From NCBI GenBank assembly GCA_951406725.2, contig OX597838.1, forward strand, positions 4,712,001 to 4,776,000: a DNA stretch of 64,000 nucleotides, read 5' to 3'. The position numbers and the translations under genes were made by a program. Position 1 is the stretch's first letter. Every line of letters begins with the position of its first letter. A model generated the notes under the pieces. That model saw only the letters and a list, made by a program, of their open reading frames with translations. It searched no databases and was not told where the DNA came from. Origin of the DNA: Octopus vulgaris. Lineage: Eukaryota. Positions 53,169 to 64,000 of the stretch are shown here, piece by piece.

Positions 53169-53611
53169 TAAGGTCCTTGGACATTACATCCCCAATATCG
53201 GGGGTTCTAATTTCTGCCCCCTGGCACTAACCATATAACCATATAGGGTACCTATCTTTAACCCTCCTCCTTTTATGTCGCAGCGTAAGGGCAATTCGTT
53301 GGCTGTTTTTCCTGTTCTGACTGGCAGATAGCAGAAACTATTCAGGTAGCTACTCTTGCTTTGCCCAGACATTTCAACAGGATTACCATTTTGTTGTACA
53401 TCTTAAGTACAATGAATATTCTACTCTTTCCATAATATATATATATATATATAATAATATATGCATGTGTATATATATATACACAAACATACTATATCCT
53501 TATATGTTTGTGCATATGTATGTATTCTTGTATACAATTATAAAATTATATAATTTTAATGTAATTTGACGTAATACATAATATCCACATCAAAGACATA
53601 ATTAGACTTAG

Positions 53612-53660
<49 letters not shown>

Positions 53661-53712
53661 TTGTGTGTGTTTGTATGTATGTACATGCGTGTATATATAT
53701 ATCTGTATATAT

Positions 53713-53750
<38 letters not shown>

Positions 53751-53862
53751 GAGGTATGTATATGCATGGATTCATACGTACATACATTCACACATATGTG
53801 TGTGTGTATATGAAATAGCGACAACAAATGAAATATCATTTTAATTATTTACATGAATACAG

Positions 53863-54222
<360 letters not shown>

Positions 54223-55626
54223 TAGAAGAAATGAGGTAATCAGAAGATCGGATGGTTCATATTTATAGTTACATTTTTTACATATATATATCATATCATT
54301 CAGATATATGTATATACACATATATATAAGCATTATGTGTATGTATATCCATAAATACATTGTTGCGCATGTGTCTCTGTATATAAGTAATTAAATCTGT
54401 GTAATGCCGGTAGCCATTGATTTTCTTGTATGAAGCAGGTGCAGGTATTCTGAAATGGCGAAGATTGGAATTGGCGAAAAGGTCCAAAAAGGTCACTCTC
54501 GAGAAAACTTTTTATTTGTTTTAAGACGTCTCACCTAAACACACACAGACACACAGACACAATCAGAGAGAAAGAGCGAGAGTGAAAAGGAGGGATGGAG
54601 AGAGTTTATAAGAGTGAATGTGTCCGTGTGTGAGAGAAAGAGAGAGAGAGAGAGTGAGAGAGAGAGAGTGAGAGAGAGAGAGTGAGAGAGAGAGAGGGAG
54701 AAGATACATAAGAAAATCTAAAAAAAAGTTCGAATAAAACCACACGTTGTTATAAGCAAAGAATGAGGGTAAAATCTGTGTTTTGCAAAATGTCAAAATA
54801 ATTAAGTCTAGTTTCGCAATTCATGTTTAACTAAATATCTAAACATTTCATTCTTTGTTCCGTCATTCCAATTCTTATTTGCTACTCTCTGTGTGTGTGT
54901 CATTGTTTGTTTATTCCTCATCTGTTCTTCGATCTGTCTTTTATTCCACTCCACAATGAGAAACAGGTTTTTCCCTCCAAGTTTGTCTATTACATTTACT
55001 GATAATGTTAGGCGAATGTTCTGTTTACCCTGTGGCATTTGCGAAAATGTTAAAAAAATAAAATAAATTTTCAAAAATATAAAAAACGAACTCGAATTCG
55101 TTTTTCAAACTTCGTTTCGTTTTTTTTCCTTCAATTTTTTTTTTCATATTTAAAAAAAAAACAAGACATTCTTCTCATTCTAGTGAACTCAAAGATTTTT
55201 GTTATCTAACCTTTACGTGCTAGTAACATTTGTGCGAAGCTACAGACAGACTCCTCTGTTGCTCAGGAAAATATTATGGAATTGAAATAAAACAAAGAAG
55301 ATGATCCTGCCTTTACCTTCTCCCCGCTTCGACCCACATCCTATCGAAAATAACAAAGAGATAAATACCAACACAAATTCGTTTTACTTCAGTCTTCATA
55401 AAGGGCTGCTACGTATGTGGACGGCCATGTCATGCTCTTGGAAAATAATACCGATTCCTCTTTCATTATAACACGATCGAAATCTTAATTTGTGCTATAG
55501 TTTCCAGATATAAAAGATAACATGCATACATGTATGACATACACCAAACCAAAAACAGATGTCCACATATATTACAAAATATATCGAATAATATGGCGGA
55601 GATGACATATGCGTGTATACGTGTAG

Positions 55627-55693
<67 letters not shown>

Positions 55694-55775
55694 CATTCAT
55701 ATATATATACACATATATATAGATGCATATATATATGTATACATATACATATACACATATATCTATGTATATGTA

Positions 55776-55815
<40 letters not shown>

Positions 55816-56309
55816 GTATATGTATATATGTATGTATATATGTGTGGCAATAAGAATAATATAAATGAATTACTCTGCTATTGTAAAGTTTTGCGTTAGA
55901 ATGCGGGCGTATTATGTAACTTGACATGAAATATTAAGCAACATCACGTAGCATACGCAAGTTCGTGTTTCCATAACAGCACCACTTCTTCAGGCAATAC
56001 GCCTTAGGAAAGAATATTGATATATAGAATGTTAAACATGAGGATGTGGAAAAAAATGGCACTGTTCATTTGAGCCTGCAACGAATCCAATCCCTGAAGG
56101 TCAAAGGCAATGGATTTATTTCAAGCGTTATGTAATACGGTCCACTGTTAGATTACAATTGTCATTCGCTATAGAATGTTTCGTGTATTATGCCCTAATT
56201 ACATACCACACTCGTCAGGCGGTTATGGAAGTGAAAAGCGCGTCTTGCTTCCTCACAGAAGGAGCCGAACCCCCCACCACCACCAACACACACACCTATG
56301 ATATTAGTT

Positions 56310-56434
56310 TCAAAGTTTGGCTTAAGGTTAGCGATTTCGAGGAAGAGTTAGGTCGATTGCATCAACCCCAGTGCTCGACTGGTACTTATTTCATTGAATC
56401 CCGAAGGATGAAAGGCAAAGTCGACCTCGGCGGA
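56310..56434 (-). mobile_element. Family D SINE fragment
   Basis: ACTGGTACTTATTTCATTGAATCCCGAAGGATGAAAGGCAAAGTCGACCTCGGCGGA. Confidence 0.7.
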
Positions 56435-56582
56435 TTATCCATCGAATTCTCCAGGCGTTCTAGGCAAAGTGAGTTCTCTGGTCAAGGAAACTGTTGGTCC
56501 CTATTAGTCCGGGCATTTGATGTTTGGTCGAGTCTGGTCCAAGAACAGACATTTGACATCAATAAATACAACGACGGATCAC

Positions 56583-56681
56583 GTAGGCAAAAAGTACGCC
56601 GACACATCTTGGCAACATGAACCTAGATCTATAGCAAAATTTAGCTGTCATTATCACCTGTAAGGCATTCAGCACTCACAG
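56583..56681 (+). repeat. ~100-bp leader shared with 62367-62472, immediately upstream of a SINE head
   Basis: GTAGGCAAAAAGTACGCCGACACATCTTGGCAA..AACCTAGATCTATAGCAAAATTTAGCTGTCA.TATCACCTGTAAGGCATTCA.CACTCACAG in both copies. Confidence 0.9.
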
Positions 56682-57080
56682 TGGAGGCGCAATGGCCCAG
56701 TGGTTAGGGCAGCGGACTCGCGGTCGGAGGATCGCGGTTTCGATTCCCATACCGGGCGTTGTATGTGTTTATTGAGCGAAAACACCTAAAGTTCCACGAG
56801 GCTCGGGCAGGGGGTGGTGGCGACCCCTGTTGTACTCTTTCGCTCCAACTTTCTCTCACTCTTTCTTCCTGTTTCTTGTCCCCGACTTCCTACGCAACCG
56901 CTAAGCGTGGTTGCGCATTCATCCATCCGTCGGATGCTCTCGGTGTCGGGGGTTGACCTGCTTTCTCTTCTGCGGGTTTTACGAATAGCAAAGGACCACG
57001 TTTCGGACTTCTCCCCCTACAGAGGCGCGATCTTGCGAGCTCTGGGACGAAGACCGCTTCGCTCAGCAAACAAGCAAACA
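56682..57080 (+). mobile_element. SINE family B with tail type C, ending in an (AAAC)-like tail
   Basis: Head matches 62473; diverges after CTTCCTGTTTCT (~56876) into a GC-rich, hairpin-rich tail. Confidence 0.8.
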
Positions 57081-57690
57081 CTCACAAACTATCACTCACT
57101 TGAAGGACAAGCATCGAGGCCAAGCCGTTTGTGAGCATTATCAGCTATTCACTAAACACTGCGACCTCGGTTTCTGATCTAGATACAATCGACGCGCTCA
57201 GCAGAAAATAACGCCGCCATAATTGGTCTAAATCTATTAAAAGAACATTAGACAAATATAGGAGGAAAATGTTATAGAAATCTTTTGCGAGAAAGCAAAA
57301 TTCAAATATTTGTTTATACTGCTCTCAACGTTCGTTAGTCTGGAGAATTCATTTTAGAAATTAGTGTCATTGTTCTCAGAATGAAATGAAGCTAAACTGT
57401 GATGGAGAATAAAAAAGTTTTTAGATTATTTATTATTCTACAGTGTTCTAATTATCTAATCTGATGTATTCTAATAATTATGTATGTATGTATGTATGTA
57501 TGTATGTATGTATGTATGTATGTATATATATATATGTATGTATCTATGTCTGTCTATATGTATGTATGTATGTGTGTATGTTTGTGTGTATGTGTGTATA
57601 TGTGTATGTATGTATGTGTATATGTTGGTATGTATAATATGTATGTATGCATGTATGTATAGAATATATATGTGAATATATAGATACATA

Positions 57691-57770
<80 letters not shown>

Positions 57771-57808
57771 TGTTTGTGTGTGTATATATAAATGTATATG
57801 TACATATG

Positions 57809-58162
57809 TGGAGGTGCTATGGTTAGGTTAGTGGACTCGCAGTCGTAGGATCGTGGTTTCAATTTGCAGACCGGACGAAAACACCTAAAGCTCCACGAGT
57901 CTCCGGCAGGGAGTGGTGGCGAACCCTGCTGTACTCTTTCCCCACAACTTTCTCTCATTCTTTCTTCCTGTTTCTGTTGTACCTGCATTTCAAAGGGGCC
58001 AGCCTTGTCACACTCTGTGTCACGCTGAATACCCTCGAGAGCTACGTTATGAGTACATGTGTCTGTGGAGTGCTCAGCCACTTGCACGTTAATTTCAGCA
58101 GCAGGCCTTTTTGTTGATCGGATCAACTGGAACTCTCGTCGTCGTAACCGACGGAGTGCCAC
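57809..58162 (+). mobile_element. SINE family B, tail type B (degenerate head)
   Basis: Aligns by eye to 62473-62850. Confidence 0.85.
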
Positions 58163-58163
58163 G

Positions 58164-58242
<79 letters not shown>

Positions 58243-58274
58243 TATATATATGTATGTATATATATAATTTCTTG

Positions 58275-58306
<32 letters not shown>

Positions 58307-58355
58307 CGAATATACATTTTATATATATATATATATATATATACACATCGAATAT

Positions 58356-58411
<56 letters not shown>

Positions 58412-58545
58412 ACCCACAAGTGTAAACAAGAGAGACAGAGAAAGGCAGAAACAAGGAAAATGCCACTTATATTTGAACACTATACAAATATTCCCTTGAA
58501 AAAACTTTTCTTTTAATTTTTCTAAATTTAATTATTTAATCGTTA

Positions 58546-58583
58546 CAGTTGAAAAAGTCTCAAAATGACTGAAACCGGTACTG
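58546..58583 (+). ncRNA. Degenerate minimal hammerhead motif (Penelope-type)
   Basis: CAG-TTGAAAA-AGTC(TCAAAAT)GACT-GAAACCGGTA-CTG; core deviates from CUGANGA. Confidence 0.4.
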
Positions 58584-58635
58584 AAATGTTCGTTATTAAA
58601 TTTTTGTAGCATTTTCCATCTTGACTTGTTTTTTC

Positions 58636-58666
<31 letters not shown>

Positions 58667-58680
58667 AGTATGTATCTATG

Positions 58681-58725
<45 letters not shown>

Positions 58726-58751
58726 CACCTATATATTCTTTCAGCCTTGTC

Positions 58752-58876
58752 CTTATTCTATCGGTCTCTTTTGCAAATATACTAAGTTACGGGGATGTAA
58801 ACACATCATCACCGACATTGTGCTGGGGTCAAAGACACAGACATCCAAACAGACACACACACACTTACACTCACGG

Positions 58877-58949
<73 letters not shown>

Positions 58950-59120
58950 CACACACATGACGACCTTTCAGTTTCCGTCTACCAAATAAACCAATAAATC
59001 TCTGGTCGGCCTGACGCAAAAGTAGAAGTCACATGCCCGAAACTGCCAGAGAGTGGGGCGAAACCCGAAATCATGTGGTTGGGTAGCAAGGTTGTTGCCA
59101 CACACCTAATCATGAGCCTA
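58752..59120 (-). mobile_element. SINE family A (minus strand, degenerate)
   Basis: CTTATTCTATCGGTCTCTTTTGC..CTAAGTTACGGGGA; CTTTCAGTTTCCGTCTACCAAAT..AACCCGAAATCATGTGGTTGGG. Confidence 0.75.
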
Positions 59121-59500
59121 TTTAAAAATAATGCCCTTCTATCCAAAGATTTTTTAAAGCCAATATTTACATGTTGCTATTTATAGCTCTGTGTGTTTCG
59201 CATTTCCCCGTTCTGGAAAAGGAAAATTTCCTTTCGCGTGAAAGTTTTGAAACTCTTATGACATTAACAATATGTCTGCACACACACATACAAACACACA
59301 CACACACACGCGCATATATATATGTATATACATATATGTATATATATATACAGATACATATATATATATATATATAGGAACCAAATGAGAATCGATGAAG
59401 ACACCACCCTGAAAATTGTTTAAGTGGTTTTGTTTTATGAATCTATGAATATATCAATATAAAAATTTTATTATTCATGAATATATACATTCATACATAC

Positions 59501-59565
<65 letters not shown>

Positions 59566-59739
59566 TACATATATATATATATATGCAAAAATATATACTT
59601 AAATATATAACCTGTTATATATGGCCATACATATATCCATGTATATGTATGGGCATATGTATAGGCATATGTATACATATTTATATATATATATATATAT
59701 ATACAAATATGAACACACACACATTACACATATATGTGC

Positions 59740-59815
<76 letters not shown>

Positions 59816-60366
59816 GTATATGTATGTATGTATGTATATGTATGTATGTATGTGTGTCTACGCATCTATAGATAGGGGAAATGACAACAAAATATTGTCC
59901 AAGAACAACACTAAAAGCAATTAGATCCAAATCAATAAAAAGATTAATTGTGGTGAATATTGATAATCGATTAGATATGATCAGTGGCGCAGAATATATG
60001 ATTGATTAATTTACATACATCATATTAGTCGTGTTTTTACGTAATTTTGGTCGTTCATTTATCACCAGATGATGTGCGTATGTATAATATAGATATGTAT
60101 ATGTGTGCGTGTATATAGACAAAAATATACGTTTACGTATCTAGATATCTAGAGATGTATTTGTGATTATATGTACATGCGTGTATGTGTACGTTCGTAT
60201 GTATATATATATATTCATGTACATATACTTGTAAATATCAATATATATATACATAAAAATAAATAAATATATTTATTCATAAATATATAAATATATATTT
60301 CAATATAAATGTATCTGTGAGTTAATATACATACGTTTATATACACATACACATATATTTATATCT

Positions 60367-60407
<41 letters not shown>

Positions 60408-60572
60408 TTATATATATATAACCAGCCACGCTTGAAGATGTGTATTATATACATATATCTGTACTTATATGAATTTATATACTTTTGTATTTGGTAATAT
60501 ATTTCACAATATAACGTAAATTTTATGAATATTTTAATATAATTTGTATACTATATACTTAAATACGTATTC

Positions 60573-60604
<32 letters not shown>

Positions 60605-60655
60605 CATATATATATGTATGGATATATATTTAAATATAAACATACATACATACAT

Positions 60656-60703
<48 letters not shown>

Positions 60704-60809
60704 GCACACACTTACATATATACATACACTCAGAAGCACACACGTACAAACATATGTATGTATGTATGTATACAAAGATACATATCGCTAATTCTAAAAA
60801 GATTTTTTT

Positions 60810-61106
60810 ATTCCCTCTCTGTGTATTTTCTCTTATTCCTTAATATTGAAGAGCGTAGGCTCGAAACGTAAAAGACTTTCTCACATTCCCGAGGGTTAAA
60901 CTAATACACCTGCTTGTTGTTTATACACCTGGCTTCGTCTTTTGCTTTTCCGTAAATTTCAACTATATATGTATGTAAATATATATAACGGGAAGGTTTA
61001 CGAAAATAAACAAAAGACGAAGGCAGGTTTACGAAAATAAATAAAAGACGAAGGCAGGTGGAGTACAAACAAATAATGTATTAGTATGACGCTCAGGAAT
61101 AGAAAT
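60810..61106. mobile_element. Inverted pair of Penelope-like remnants
   Basis: Plus copy TTGAAGAGCGTAGGCTCGAAACGTAAAAGAC..CTAATACACC..CTTCGTCTTTTG; inverted copy 60990-61106 contains a 31-bp tandem duplication. Confidence 0.65.
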
Positions 61107-61591
61107 AATATATATATATATTTCGTATGTGGTTGTGTGTAATGCCCTTTCAGAAACCAACCATATGTTTGACGTCTTTTATTGCTATCTGTAATATTGG
61201 CCACCGAAGTGATTAGCTGGTCGGAGGCACATGCTCTCTTTACTAATGGAGAGAATACAATCTTGTTCATTAAAGTTGGGAAAAAGAAAAATACCCTGAA
61301 ATAAATACCCTGAAATAAAATTGCTCGAAGCGAAAATCTCTTGTAGGGTTACTTGGAATTATTTTCCTTTGACTGATTGTAGCTCTGTCACTAATCAGGA
61401 AGCGAGTAATTGTTTTGTCTTCAATGCTAATTCTGTTTCATGGGGCATCGACATATATATTGTAATTTTAGAAGTCCCCGGGTGAAGAGGATTTTACATG
61501 ATTCTTGCCTTCTCGTTCGAGCACAGTTTGCACCGGTTCATGATTTAATCCTGACTTTGATTTGTTTTGTCAGTTTTCTTTTCGCTTCTTT

Positions 61592-61979
61592 GGTGGAAGT
61601 ACTCCGTCGGTTACGACGACGAGGGTTCCGGTTAATCCGAATCAACGGAACAGCCTGCTCGTGAAATTAACGTGTAAGTGGCTGAGCACTCCACAGACAC
61701 GTGTACCCTTAACGTAGTTCTCGGGGATATTCAGCGTGACACCAGAGAGTGACAATGCTGGCCCTTTGAAATACAGGTACAACAGAAACAGGAAGTAAGA
61801 GTGAGAGAAAGTTGTGGTGAAAGAGTACAGCAGGGATCACCACCATCTCTGTCGGAGCCTCATGGAGCTTTTAGGTGTTTTCGCTCAATAAACACTCACA
61901 ACGCCCGGTCTGGGAATCGAAACCGCGATCCTCCGACCGCGAGTCCACTGCCCTAACCTCTGGGCCATTGCGCCTCCAC
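61592..61979 (-). mobile_element. Full-length SINE family B, tail type B, with a 12-bp TSD
   Basis: Flanks TTTCGCTTCTTT (61580-61591) and TTTCGGTTCTTT (61980-61991). Confidence 0.92.
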
Positions 61980-62366
61980 TTTCGGTTCTTTAAGTAACTG
62001 CCAAAACAAATATATTTATGTAGTACATTTCATGTTGATTGCCACACGGACAGTTACTTCCCTTGGACATTGTAAGAAGCTCTCCATCTTCATTATTTGT
62101 ATTTTTATTTTACTTCTTTATGACGAATCTTCAAACAAACCGCAACGATCTTATATTACGACTGGCTATGACTGCACAAATCTCGTCGTCCCTTCATTTA
62201 TTCGCCCGGGAAAATTACATCAGAATTTTATTGGGAGTTCTGCTTGCTTCTCTACAGATTACCCTCCCGTTAGAAAAATTCCGTCCAAATAAAATTATAC
62301 CAAGATCATTCCATCTACTTTCGATCTAATGTCCATCTAGGAACACACCATCTACTTTGTCTATTT

Positions 62367-62472
62367 GTAGGCAAAAAGTACGCCGACACATCTTGGCAAT
62401 CTGCGACATAAACCTAGATCTATAGCAAAATTTAGCTGTCAATATCACCTGTAAGGCATTCAACACTCACAG
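62367..62472 (+). repeat. Second copy of the shared SINE leader
   Basis: Matches 56583-56681 apart from a short indel and a few substitutions. Confidence 0.9.
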
Positions 62473-62854
62473 TGGAGGCGCAATGGCCCAGTGGTTAGGG
62501 CAGCGGACTCGTGGTCATAGGACCGCGGTTTCGATTCCCAGACCGGGCGTTGTGAGTGTTTATTGAGCGAAAACACCCAAAGCTCCACGAGGCTCCGGCA
62601 GGGATGGTGGTGATCCCTGCTGTACTCTTTCACCACAACTTTCTCTCACTCTTACTTCCTGTTTCTGTTTTACCTGTATTTCAAAGGGCCGGCCTTGTCA
62701 CTCTCTGTGTCACGCTGAATATCCCCGAGAACTACGTTAAGGGTACACGTATCTGTGGAGTGCTCAGCCACTTACACGTTAATTTCACGAGCAGGCTGTT
62801 CCGTTGATCGGATCAACCGGAACCCTCGTCGTCGTAACCGACGGAGTGCTTCCA
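62473..62854 (+). mobile_element. Full-length SINE family B, tail type B
   Basis: TGGAGGCGCAATGGCCCAGTGGTTAGGGCAGCGGACTCG (A box, TCG anticodon-like)..GTTTCGATTCCC (B box)..CGTAACCGACGGAGTGCTTCCA. Confidence 0.92.
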
Positions 62855-63582
62855 GTCCTACGATGGTGATCGGGTCACTTTTCTGCGTGATATTTATATG
62901 TGATTTGAACGACATATAGCTGCTGTTTGCAGCTGTTGTAGCTGTTAAAAGGCGCAGTTCTTAGAGATGGAAAAGTGAGTCAAGTACGAGTTAGGGTTAG
63001 AGTTACAGTGGATCGTTATATCAATTTACGTCTTAATCAAAAATTGCTGGCCTTGTGTTAAGGTAGATTAATCATATTTCAGTTTTTCATTTGTGGTTTG
63101 CTTTTAAAAATTTCCCAGTGGTTGTGGAAAAGAATGAAAAGAATATTAATTTTAGAAATAAAAGTTTTTATCAAATAAAAATATAATTAAAATGAAACAA
63201 AAATTTTCATTAGTTTATTTGCAATGAAATTTGTTATCAACAAAAATGATAATGTTGAACTCTTAATTAATTACTGATAAATTCTATTTAAGTTAGCGTG
63301 ACATCTATGGCGTAAAGAAGCAATAAAACATGGAGATGATCAGTAACATTGCTGACTTATCTAGGTGTACATCGTTATGTCATGTCTTCTGCCATTTTCG
63401 AACGGCTGAAATATATGGCTGCAATTTCTAGCCAGTCCAGAGACCACACATAGAAGCCAAGTTTGATTGCTTGTCTCTTCTCGTTTCTTTCGTCTTATCT
63501 GACAAACTGTTATGTCGCAAAACTACACAGTGGTTGGGTGAGTTACGAAATCCTTGTCGCCACTGCGATGTCGCACGTTCGA

Positions 63583-63815
63583 ATACACACACGCATACAT
63601 ACACACATACACACACACATACACACATACATACATACACACACACACATACATACACACACACACACACACATACACACATACATACATACACACACGC
63701 ATACATACACACATACACACACACATACACACATACATACATACACACACGCATACATATACATACATACACACACATACACACACATACACACACACAA
63801 CACACATACATACAT

Positions 63816-63855
<40 letters not shown>

Positions 63856-64000
63856 ACACACATACATACATACACACACGCATACATACACACACATACA
63901 CACACACATACACACATACATACATACACACACGCATACATATACATACATACACACACATACACACACATACACACACAAACACACACACACACATATA
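63583..64000. repeat. (CA)/(CATA) composite microsatellite with internal higher-order duplication
   Basis: Direct reading. Confidence 0.9.

Noticed and set aside
56814-57134. 106-aa ORF, and similar ORFs at 56159, 57554, 61440 and 62556
   Set aside because: They lie across SINE bodies and have no recognisable domain.
62473-62550. SINE heads as functional tRNA-Arg genes
   Set aside because: Acceptor stems do not pair, there is no nearby poly-T terminator, and they continue into SINE bodies.
62367-62861. GTAGG...CCTAC as terminal inverted repeats of a DNA transposon carrying the SINE
   Set aside because: Only 5 bp, no TSD, and no equivalent end after the 56583 copy.
62990-63005. TTAGGG telomere-like motif (also ~11413)
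   Set aside because: Fewer than three units; chance level.

Overview
Eukaryotic, AT-rich, microsatellite-saturated non-coding DNA (large intron or intergenic). Its tRNA-derived SINE repertoire looks like that of an octopus or other coleoid cephalopod (inference). I find no credible host protein-coding gene; nearly all listed ORFs are translated simple repeats. Supportable content: (i) two 5'-truncated R4/Dong-like non-LTR retrotransposon remnants with restriction-like endonuclease (RLE) motifs ending in (TAA)n, plus a TAA-associated non-autonomous element; (ii) at least four tRNA-derived SINE families with swappable heads and tails; (iii) Penelope-like fold-back remnants with minimal hammerhead ribozyme motifs in (TA)n tracts; (iv) a non-autonomous Helitron; (v) a decayed tRNA-Glu-like sequence; (vi) an ~8.3 kb (AAT)n array with higher-order structure. 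The most unusual observation is two tRNA-Arg-like SINE copies (56583-57080 and 62367-62854) that share a ~100-bp upstream leader but carry unrelated 3' tails. In one copy the leader can base-pair around the tRNA head. These are candidate SINE source cassettes. All calls are by eye, and boundaries are approximate to a few bases.
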